Shown here one piece after another: positions 18,519 to 31,399 of a stretch of 64,000 nucleotides of DNA (the stretch's first letter is position 1; the number at the start of each line of letters is the position of its first letter). The translations under genes and the position numbers were made by a program. Origin of the DNA: the human T2T-CHM13v2.0 reference genome, Homo sapiens; the NCBI RefSeq assembly GCF_009914755.1, contig NC_060934.1. One strand, written 5' to 3'. The notes below the pieces were generated by a model. The model did not search any database, was not told the DNA's origin, and saw nothing but the letters and a program-made list of their open reading frames with translations.

Positions 18519-19182
18519 GTTCTTGGAAATATGTGAAATGGATAAATGGATAGTCTTTGCACCTCCCCAGGTGATTTTTATTTTTAGTCAGCTAGACTAA
18601 ACAGTGAAAGAAAATAATGCACATTAAGTGTTTGCAATGTGTGATTGAAAGATATTTATTCAGCCATTGGAGAATCATTGACTTTGTACTTTAAAGATAC
18701 TAGCTTTTGGAAAATCACACAAATTGTATGTTTTTATGTTAACCCTAGAAGAGAGCTGATCTGTATATGCTTGGGAACAGTTTTCATCTTGCACATGAAC
18801 CGACTATGGTTATAACTAATCCTTGAAGATCATCCATAAGACAGTTCTAGAATGAAGGCAACATATCAACGACAGGTAGTAACGGGAGACTAGAGATGAG
18901 CTGACGCAGGAAAATAAGGCAACTTCCACACCAGGAAGAATCAAAAGAGGGCGAGCAGAAAATGTGCAAAGATCACCCAGGCTTTGCTTCCCACACGAGC
19001 AATTACAATGCTCCTGCTTGGAATTCTCAACCACACCAGAAGACCAACAGATCAATTTGAGTTACTCTTTTTAAGGAAAAAGTGACCTACATTTCATGAA
19101 GCAAAGAGATACAGCCACACACAGGAGCCGTTTGTTTTAATTAGATTGCTGGTTTCCCTGGCCAGGACCCAAAACCACTGTG

Positions 19183-19362
19183 TTTCCCCATAGATACAAT
19201 TGACAAATAAAATACATGACACTCATGTGAATCAGAATTTCAAAAAAAAAAAAAAGCCATTAATTAGTATATGTCCAATTAAATATATATGTTTAATGAC
19301 TTGTTTGTTTGAAATCCAAATTTTATGGGTGTGTCATTTATTTGCTAAATCTGGCAATCCAA
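19183..19362. mobile_element. MER53 (hAT MITE), degenerate
   Basis: End GAAATCCAAATTTTATGGGTGTGTC...TTTGCTAAATCTGGCAATCC and start CAAATAAAATACATGACAC match MER53 arms. Confidence 0.7.
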
Positions 19363-19631
19363 CCTTTAACTTGTTAAGAAATATTCAACACAAAATAAGG
19401 AAAATAGAGAAAAAATTGTATTTCAAAGAATGAAATAGAGAGAAAAAAATTCCTTCCCTTGGACAGTCAAACTGTCGAAGCTAAATATTGAAAGGTTGAC
19501 CTGGGTGCAAAAACAAACCTTCAATTCCCATGAAGGTATGCCAGAGACACAAGGAAGCCTGAGGTTCAATATTTTTTTTTCTACTGGCTCCTGGAGGAGT
19601 TTCTGTTAGAAGAGACCTTAGAAAATCATCA

Positions 19632-19797
19632 CCCTTGCTCTTCGAAATGTGTTGTGTGGATCCACAGCCTCAACATCACCTGGGAGCCTGTGAGAAACAC
19701 AGACCCCCTAGGCCTCTCTGAGATCTATTGAATCAGGAGCTGCAGTTTAACAAGATCCCTTGTGATTCGTGTGGCCAGGCAAGTTTGAGAAACACAG
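19632..19797 (+). mobile_element. MER5A (hAT-Charlie)
   Basis: CATCACCTGGGAGCCTGTGAGAAA...GAATCAG...TTTAACAAGATCCC...AAGTTTGAGAAACAC. Confidence 0.8.
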
Positions 19798-20003
19798 ATT
19801 TAGTTCTATAGTTTCCAAAACACATGTTTTAGAAAGTATAGGATTCATAAACTCCATGAGGGCTCGGGGAGCGCACGCAAGCAAGGAACTGTACACCACA
19901 ATTAAAGGAGACCGACCCTGTGTGCTTCACTCTGGGCTTCAAGGTAAGATTTTTATTAGAAAACAAAAAGAGTCCACGGCTTAAAAATTAAAAAGGAAGG
20001 AAG

Positions 20004-20360
<357 letters not shown>

Positions 20361-21326
20361 TCATTTAGATTCGGAAACTGAGTAACAAGACGTGACTTTC
20401 CCCAAGTCCTACACTGGGAAGTGATCCCAGCCTCTTTCTATTCCCTCACTGTTCATGGAGGAAGACAGCCCCAAAATGGCAGAAATTTCTAATCGACTGC
20501 TTGACAAGTGTCATTATGTACCACAGGTGTTTTCTATCTGGGCCTTTAATTTCAAAATCAGTCCCTTTTCTTTCATACTCATGCCTGTAACTTCCTTTCA
20601 AGGGCTCATCTAACCCAACACAAAACCCTCTCTGTGTTGCTCTCTGAACTGGAAGAAAGGTCTCCAGCTGCGGTTTTGTGTACACTGCTAACTGAGGGTG
20701 CCCTCCGGGTTTGTTTGTGGATATTTTAGCTAATTGTCTTGTCGCAGACCTTTGAGTCAGACCTGGATGACTGTTCAATTAGTAGTACTGAAGCAAGAAT
20801 TAGGGAGAATTCCTGACTGCACAGCCAACCCCAGTGCCAACATTATTGCTGCGAGCATTTTCTTCTGAATATGATTAATCACATAAATAATTCTCAGAAA
20901 TGAAATTAGAAATCACCCACACACTGCACCCAGTAATGTTTTAAGACATTACATCCTGAAACTCTGTAATGAATTAACATTACAGTCTGGTTTGAGTTCT
21001 TCAATTTTCAGCATATATCCTGCCCTGTTAGCGAGTGACCCTGTGGCCTTGATGAGTTTCTGTAACAATTTGAATTAGCCATTCTAAAAAGAACACAGAT
21101 TTGGAACTGTCTAGGCCTTGAGAAAGAACAACATATCCCTTCTCTGAAATCCCTGGCTGTGCTCAATCATGCTTGCAAGTTTGTGACAGGGCTGGACATG
21201 AGGATCAGGTTTTCAGATCCTTCCATCCAAGCCCTTCCCCGTACTCTGGGTAGGTGGCTCCTATTATGGCATAGATGTTAAGGACTTTTCTATGCTAACT
21301 AAATATTCAGTTATTCTGTTAAAGAA

Positions 21327-21621
<295 letters not shown>

Positions 21622-22164
21622 TCATTTATAAAGAATAATCTGACCACATGCAGACTGACATGGAAAATTAATTTCAGTTAGGGCCGATTTATATAGATTT
21701 CCCTTAAATATAGGAATTCTAAAAGTTAGCAGAAGGAGGCAGAAGGGACAAGGATCAGAAAAACCTCAACACAGAAGGTTCTCTTTAAAAATTATGATCT
21801 TCTCTCCACTTTAAAGGCAATTATCTCAGGCAAGCAAATATAAAGATCCTAGGGTTTTAGAGGACAAATTAGCTATTATTTCACAGATGAAGAAACAAAG
21901 GCCCAGAGAAATCAAGTCATTTATTCACAATCAAGTAATTGCTTTGCAATGTGAGATAACATCTCCTATCTCATTATGAAAGTATTCTAAAAAGAAAGGA
22001 GAATTTTGGTGAAGTTGTTACTCTTTGCTTGGCGTTGTTATGACTAAGACTGAGATGTGAAGGGATTATAAAAGAATACAAAATAAGATCAAATGTTTAA
22101 AACCCTAGCTACATGACATTTGTTAGATTTGTTTTGCTATCAAATACTAAGTCTTACTCATTTT

Positions 22165-22515
22165 TCTATTTTTGGGGGGACCCATTAACTATCCCCACCT
22201 CCTCCCAACCCTGTCACTACCCTTCCTAGCCTCTGGTAACTATCCTTCTACTCTATCTCCATGAGTTTAATTGTTTTGATTCTTAGATCCCAGAAGTAAG
22301 TGAGAACGTGTGATGTTTGTGCCTTTCTGTGACTAGCTTATTTCACTTAAGATAATGATCTCCAGTCCATCCACGTTGTTGTGAATGACAGGATCTCATT
22401 ATTTTTAAGGCTGAAGAGTACTCCTTTGTGTTTATGTACCACGTTTTTTTCATCCATTCATCTGTTGATGGACACTTCAGTTACTTCCAAATCTTGGCTA
22501 CTGTGAACAGTATAG
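22165..22515 (-). mobile_element. L1MA (1-3-like) 3' fragment
   Basis: CCCTTCCTAGCCTCTGGTAACTATCCTTCTACTCTATCTCCATGAG...GATGGACACTT...CCAAATCTTGGCTA. Confidence 0.8.
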
Positions 22516-24013
22516 CACAATGTCTTTATGTAACTGTAAATTCATGCTAGGTGGCAGGGTTGTTCTTGCTACCAACTGGCCTTGGAAAGGTGGCATTTCA
22601 GAACAAAATCTCATTGGTGCTGCTTGCCCAGGGAAGCTGTAGCTTTGGAGAAGCTCAGCTGTGAAGTCACTAAAACCAGAGTTGGGGCTATAAGTAGTGA
22701 GCACTGCAACATGTCATCTTTACCCTACAAACAGGCATAACCATGAGTTGTGGTACCCACCTCCCTAGAGGTGCTTAGTATGTTTCCATTGTTGATGATT
22801 TCAGCCCCACCACAGACACGTTGTTTTGCTGTGTGGCCCTCTCTTTAGTTTTAAATTCTTCTTTTGGAAAATAGGGATAATTCAGTTCCACTTAATGGAA
22901 CTTAATCAGCAAATAAATTTACGGCATTCTGACCACATAATGTTATAGAGATAGCACTTAATATTATTAGTAGGCAGAATGTAATTACCTTCATTTTTTT
23001 TTTACACAATATAGAGCTAATAGTCATCCCTACCTGATGTGAAAAACTTTCACAGCCATTAACCATCGACATTGGCATGTAATTGGAAAATCTAGAAAGA
23101 TACCAAATGCCAGTATATGTACACTGACATATAACCTGTTTTACATTAGAATTCTTTAGATAGAAATGAACTTCCTTCAATATTTATCATCTTATTTAGC
23201 CCAAAATTGCAGGCACTTTGAAAAATGGAGTAATAGTTTCTAGTGTCACTATGGCTGTGAAATGCATTTTAGTGTCTTTTGCTTTGATAACCCAGTAATT
23301 CATTTCAGTACATCTATTTGTAAATCACAGGTTTGTTTGATGGATGGAGTGCTGAGAAGAAATGCTCTCTTTTTGTCAATACAAATAACCTGTATTTTAG
23401 GACTAGTGTCTATTGTACAATATTTGTTTCATAAGCTCACGATTGGCCACACCCTCTGATAATAGATTCCATTTTTAGGATATAACAGCTTTAATTTTCA
23501 AGCACAAAGAAATCATAGATGGGTATGCTTAACTAAATAAATAATTTCTTAAGATATTAAGTGATATTTCTTTTAGCTTATTTGCTAGGAAGTCTGGTGC
23601 CTAATTGAAAATACCCTTCTAGGAACAGCAGAATTTTTTGACCTTAGTTTTTGAGTGAATTAATGAACAAAATGAAGTGATATCAGTATTGACTTGTAGA
23701 GAAGAGAGAGTGTCTGTGCCCATATATTAAAAAATATTTTTTATTACAGTTCCTTTTTGCCTAGTTATATTTGAGCATTTCAGACATATGCATAAGGCAT
23801 TAAACCTTGCTTGGGAGAAGCTCTGAATCCTTTGAGGGCAGGTGTGACAAATGGTCTTTCCTGTGACAGGGGTAGATAGCGCCATCTTGGAAATGCAAGC
23901 ACAGGGCTTGGAGGGTTGATAAGGGGAATTCTTAATTCTGACTGTAGCTATAATAAGAGATAATTTAACGTGTTAATTAATTCAACATTTAATCTAAAAT
24001 AGCTAGCAAATAG

Positions 24014-24193
<180 letters not shown>

Positions 24194-24537
24194 AATTTCT
24201 AGGACAGAACAACACCAGTACTGGTTTACAGGTGTTAAGACTAAAATTTTGCCTATACCTTTAAGACAAACAAACAAACACACACACAAACAAGCTCTAA
24301 GCTGCTGTAGCCTGAAGAAGACAAGATTTCTGGACAAGCTCAGCCCAGGAAACAAAGGGTAAACAAAAAACTAAAACTTATACAAGATACCATTTACACT
24401 GAACATAGAATTCCCTAGTGGAATGTCATCTATAGTTCACTCGGAACATCTCCCGTGGACTTATCTGAAGTATGACAAGATTATAATGCTTTTGGCTTAG
24501 GTGCAGGGTTGCAAAGGGATCAGAAAAAAAAAATCAT

Positions 24538-24543
24538 AATAAA
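24538..24543 (+). terminator. Candidate proximal poly(A) signal AATAAA
   Basis: First AATAAA after the stop codon (~345 nt). A second lies at 25543-25548. Confidence 0.4.
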
Positions 24544-26967
24544 GCTTTAGTTCATGAGGGATCGACACCTTTGGTTCAAATGTTCTCTGATGTCTCAAAG
24601 ATAACTGTTTTCCAAAGCCTGAACCCTTTCACTCAAAAGAGCAATGATGAATGTCTCAAGATTGCTAAGAAAAACAGCCCATGCAAGAGTGAGAACAAAC
24701 ACAAAATAAGAGATTTTCTACATTTTCAAAACAGATGTGTGGCAAAAGGATGTTGTTTTTCTGGTCTAGATCCATCTGTACCAACAAGTTCATCACTTTA
24801 CAGAACGAATCTTTTTATCCGTACAGGAGGTTCAAACCATGTCTGCCTCTTCCTTTGTAATGAATGACCTTTCTATGAGCTGTGACAAAATTTCCGAACA
24901 ATTAGCTAAGGATTTGGGAAGAGGGGGTGGCAAACGGGGCTTTCTGTTTTCCTGCCTCAGCATGAAAACATCTGATTTATGCTTTATGGAAGCCTTACCT
25001 CCAATCCCCAACTGTTAAGTCCCATGAAACCACAGTTGCTCTGGGCTGATGGAAACAAAAGGAAACAGTATGAAGAGTTCCTTAATCATTTTTGAAACAA
25101 AAATGTTAAGGGATTTTAAACATATGATTATTTTTAATTTTATGCCTTTTCAGTACTAAACACCCATTTCATTGCTGATTCCTGTCTAAGAAGCCATTCA
25201 CGTCAGCATGGCGATAGAAAGAATGAAAAAACCCTGCTGAATCATACAGTAATTTTCTTTAAAGCACATAGTAGTTACATAAATATATATATATAAATAT
25301 ATTTTTGTTTATAACTAACACAAGGCAGGATCTTGTGACTCTAAGAGTGCGTTTTGTCATCAAGACAAAACAGATGCAAGATGCATCACTGCATTACTTC
25401 CATAGAGTTGTAAAATAATCCTTAATATTAGAATATTTTTCTGTCACTTAGCAAAAGTGGTTCAGTTCATTGCCGCGCCCATCATGTTCTTGACTATTTG
25501 ATCCACTTTTTCGTTTATGTCAACCCCTTCCCTCTCTGGCTAAATAAAGTGGATGCAGAAAGCTCCTTAAATGGAGATATCGATTGCCTTGGAATCACAA
25601 TCCTGATTTTGAAAATTCCTCATGAATGAAGAAAGGAATGGCATCCCTTGAGAAGGAAAGTGGTTAATATACATACTGAGCTCCTAAAGTTTAAATTCAG
25701 GTACTGAGTGTACAATTTCACCAACATTCTAACCCATGAAACTTTTACACTCTGTGCCAAGAAACTGTTGGCTTTTGTAAGGTACAGTGCTCAACATTTG
25801 CAGATTCAGGTCTCAAGAAGCAGAGATGTCTCATAAGCAGCATTTTCCCAACAGTTTAGCATCTGTACACATCTGCCTTGGTCATCAGTCCACTCACAGA
25901 GTACCATACTTTATCATCACAAGTGTCTGACGTGAACGAATGCCATTTTCTATTCCATATATTTTGCTTTACAATTTTAAGTATTTGATGAAGATGGTAA
26001 CTTTTTCCTAACTTAGTTAACTATTAAAAAAAATTTTGAAAAGCAAGGTGATTGAAGGATTGTGATGACAATCTCTTTGCAGCAGCTATGTATGGTTTAT
26101 GTGAAGTATCCCCACTTATTCTTGTGGAGCAGGTTTGGTGAGACAGCAGTAACCAAATGACATGCCAATATTACTGGTGCAACTGGTATTCTACAAATGC
26201 ATAAGGAACACATAGACGACTTCCTTTTAGGATAAAATGATGCTTCTTTCACTACCTTTTGTGGTAGCTGTGGCTTCCAATAGCAACTGTTTGACAGTTA
26301 TATAAATCTTGCATGTGTATTCTTAGTTTGTGTCCCTTAAGTACTACTTAATTCTCAAGTAGTAATGTTATTCTTATACCCTTCAGCGTTCTATTTTGAT
26401 TCAAAACAATTGATTCAAAACAATTTTGAATCAATTTTCTATTTTGATTCAAAACAATTGATAATTCTATAAAAAAACATAAACACTGAATTCTTCAGTG
26501 AACCAAAGCAACAAATAATAGAGAAAACTTCTTGAAACTGGAGTGTGGGAAAACTTCTTAACAGAACTAAGAGTTAAAGGTAGTGAGAAGTGTGTGGTGT
26601 GTGAATTCTTTAGTGGTAAGGGGAAATGTGGGCTAAATCCTTTTCTTTCATGAAACTCTCATTCTATTTTATATTTCTGGTTTGTTCTTGTTCCCATGTG
26701 AGAAAACATACAGTTTCTGAAAATTCAAAATGGTCATCAATGCTTTGGACTTTACATAATTATGTATTAGAGAAGGTGCAACTGTACATTACTTAATATA
26801 CTATGAACATAATAGAATAACAAAAAAAGATAACAAAGAGATGCAAACTTCTGGATAAATCAGATAAATGGTGCTACAGAGGAATTTAGTTATTTCAGCT
26901 TAATTATTTGTAAAAATAATAATCAGTGACTAGGTAAAGATACTGAAACTCAAGAAAAATATCTTGA

Positions 26968-27097
26968 CCCATTTATGTCTAGTGTTCCATTATTGGAACG
27001 CTAAGCTTATGGGAGTTATTTAGAGCCTACTGCTCAAGGTCATCACCAAGGTCTGGTTGCAAAAATTCAAAAAATTGCAACCTCAGGCATAAATGGC
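26968..27097 (+). mobile_element. MER85 (non-autonomous piggyBac, PGBD3 family)
   Basis: TIRs CCCATTTATGTCT / AGGCATAAATGGC, TTGA/TTAA target site (26964-26967, 27098-27101), internal palindrome GTTCCATTATTGGAAC at 26984-26999. Confidence 0.92.
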
Positions 27098-27262
27098 TTA
27101 AGCCCAAGAGATGGCACTGACCATAAATGGTGGCTTGTGTGTGAAGGGTTTGGACTTCAAGATATACTAACACCTAGAAAACTAAAAGTGCAATTGACCC
27201 CCAATTACTATTTTAGTTTGAGGTATCAAGGGCATTTGCCAATCTCTTATATGTAGCTTCTA

Positions 27263-27462
27263 GAGTTGTGCTGTCCAATATTATATCCACTAGCCAACGT
27301 GGCTTTTGAAATTAAAATTAATTAAAATTAAATTAAAAATGTAATTCTTCAGTCACACCAGCCACATTTCAAAGGCTCAATAGCCACGCCTGGCTTGTGG
27401 CTACCATATTGGATAACAAGAAACACTTCCGTGGTTGAAGAAAATTTTAATGGACAATGCTG
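27263..27462 (+). mobile_element. MER3 (hAT-Charlie)
   Basis: GTGCTGTCCAATA...AGCCACATTTCAA...GTGGCTACCATATTGGA...TGGACAATGCTG. Confidence 0.8.
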
Positions 27463-28640
27463 TGTTTCATTTGAATTCGTTGTCCTTGAAGAAAAGGGAA
27501 GAAGAGGAAAGAAACAAGATTTGGTAGCTCTTGGGCATATCCAAGCATTTTTGATTTTAGAGAGGCCCTATGGAGTAATGAAAAAAATACAAGCTGACAC
27601 AGCTTTAAATCCCCACTGTGTTATCTTGGGAAAATCACTTCAACCTCCTTGAGTCTCAATTTGCAATTTTGGAAAAGAAAAACAATTTTTGTCCTGTCTT
27701 TCTTGCAAGATTATTATGCAACCTGATTAAATGTACAGATGTGCAGACTCTTAAAAACCTTATGTTAATGTAACCCATATAAAGTACGACTTTTGGTCGA
27801 GTACCAGCACAAATTTGCATTCAAAGGAAGAATAGTTCATCAGTGCAAAAAGCCTTCAAAGGTAATCAGTTCATCACGTATCTTGAGAAAAAGAGAATGC
27901 ATTCAAAACACAAAGCAAAATTGCTTCAGTTTCTTTTCTGCCCATCTGAATATTTCCTTTAGTATTTGTCCCACATGACATCCATCCCATGTATTTATCC
28001 ACTCTTTCACAACATTGCCTATGAACATCCTTCAACTGGCTCAGTTCTTTATTGCATAGAGCCACTTAGCTTCTCTAGTTTCTTATGATTTCCTATTTTA
28101 CACTTAACAGCAAAAGGAGGCTTCCATTTAGAAGGCACTATCTCAAACATAAATAATTTCATATTTATTTTATCACTGTAACACTAAGGAGCTATGGCAT
28201 TAAAATATAAAACTATTTGGAACTTAATGTAAACCTTTGCACATGCAGACTATATAAAGGGAATAAAATTATTTTAAATTATGCTAATATCCAGATACAT
28301 ATTCTAAGGTTAATATCATTTATCAGTTTTTCGCAACAGATTCTTATGTTACATCTTCATGAGGGAGTATAAATTTGATCACGTCCCTAGTGTCTATTGC
28401 CCACTTGAGAAAGGTTTTGCCAGGATCCACAGATCGCTTCAAGATGCTTTCGTTTATGATAGGAAATTAATATTTAAATAAGACTAATTGAAAACTAGAT
28501 TATCTGGTTCTAATTTCTTCCTCCTGTGAAATGTTCTTTTGGTTTGTATTTCTTTAGGTATTTTCCAAGTTACTGCTGCTTTTACTTCACGACCTCCAAC
28601 CCCACTTTTGTTATCAGCGTCATATGCCAGAGTCATGGCA

Positions 28641-28991
<351 letters not shown>

Positions 28992-31104
28992 TCATGTAAT
29001 CCAACCTCTTAATGTTACAGATAAGTAAACTGAGGCCCAAAGAGATATAGTAATAGTCCCAGTGTCAGTAAACTGGGTCTTGAACTTAAATGTTTGTTTC
29101 AGTTCTCATTGCCTTCATCTCTTAATTGTCGGCACTTAAGGCCAACCAAGCAGCTTAGACAGCGCAGTCCACTCAACGGTAACTTTATTTGCTATATTGA
29201 CAATCTGCTCTGTTCTGTAATATAGAACATTGGATCAATCTTTATCTTTTTGCTGACTTAAGGAGGCTGCTATTGTTGCAATATCCAGAGATTTCAAGTT
29301 CTAGCCATTGCGGGGTCTTTGTGGTGTTTTCAATTTCTCCTCTCTCCACCCCTGCCCCCATCTGTGGCCATCTAAGTTAGCAATACAATTTATTTTGGCC
29401 ATTTAAAATTTTTCTGCCTTTGTTTTATTTCTTCCCAAATATATTTGAAAATGAATGATCTATATAGCTGATTTTCTGACCACATATATAATTGCAATTT
29501 TTATTTGCTCTTCAAACTATTACAACATTTTTGTCCTTATAAGGTTTTTTGGGCAGATAATGCGAGGTCTGTGGTGTTACCTTTTATATACTCCTATTAC
29601 CTTATGTTTGTGAGGCATTTTACATTTTACAGAGCACTTTGATTCATCTCCCTATTTGTTCATTTATTTAACTGTTCAGTTCACTGAAATATTTATTGAA
29701 CACCTACTGGAACCAAGTGACTGTGCTAGTAACTTGTGATATACAGTAGTGAGAGTCCAGGCATGTAACTGATCATTATAATACAATAACATCCCTAAAC
29801 CAGACTTTACAAGTAGATAGGATCAACAATACTCTATCAATTTTCAACTCCAATTTTCTATTCTACTTAAAATGGGATCTAGAAACTGTTTGCCTGAAGA
29901 ATGTGTCTGAAACATAATATATCACTGCATGTCTGTGCTGTAGACCTGTTAATTTTATCTGTGAGAAAAAAAGTTACTCAAAATTCTCCCTGACCTAAGA
30001 ATACTTTCTAGTTCACTGCAGTCTTACTGACCAGATGCAACAGTTGAAGTTTGATTTCTCGACCCAATATTTCTATTGGGTTTTGAATTATTAATATCAC
30101 TGTTTTGAGGTATTCAGAAACACCAGTGTATCAAAAAAGCATTTGCACTTTAGGTGTGTGTGGTGGTTATGTCATTTATTAGACCATCCCAGACATAAGA
30201 CAATCAGGGAAATCAGAAAACTCCAGCCTCAAATGTGTCTATAATTTCCTGTTCTACCATTGTCATATCATAACATGGTATTACTTCTTAAGGTTTTGAT
30301 TAAGTTGATCTAGCCTCAACTTAAATTGTAATACATCTGCCTAATTATTGTCTGGAATAACTTTTCAACCATCCAATGCCCACTGCTCTCACAATGATTA
30401 TTGTAGAGAAGTAAAATGGTAATTATTCAAGTAAAGTCACATAATTTCTGGAGTCAGTTTTTCATAACAAGTTTATGGAATACATCATCATTGGCTTCTT
30501 CATAATATATTTATTATGAGTGACCAAATTTTGCCTGGAGGAGCAAAATGCTCAAAACTTGTTATTATAGGTTAATTTCCAGCTCACTGTTGACACTGAA
30601 AGATTCTGTGTTACTTTAAACCCAGGATAAAAGGCTGGAAAAAAAATTAAATGTAAGTCATAAACTAGTACTCAGCTTTTCCTAGTTTCTAAGGCTTATT
30701 AACATTTGCAAATTACTCAATAAATGTCTTTCATAATGGAATAACATAAAAGCTTTTGATTTGGCAGATAGTGATATTTTATTTATTTTCATTCTGGTTG
30801 AAAAAAATCTCAGTGGCTTCTCTTCATTCCACGAGAATTTTGATTTTTAACAGCAGTCTCTCTTTTTCTCAGCATTGCAAATATATATGTATATATACAT
30901 TCATGACCAAAGTATCGCTTACTGACCATGCAGCTGTAAACCTTCTGTGCCTATCAAACAAATACATAGCATGAAACTAATTTTAGAAGTTTCATGGGGG
31001 AATTTTAGGGGAAAGTATAAACCTAAGAGTGAGTGAATGGAGATGATTCATGGAAAAAAAAATAAAAATCTAAATGTGCTATTAGGCAGAGTTATTAACT
31101 TCTT

Positions 31105-31399
<295 letters not shown>

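Noticed and set aside
19183-19362. MER53-derived miR-1302-type hairpin
   Set aside because: The central arm is degraded and the mature-like TTGGGACATACTTATGCTAAA sequence is absent.
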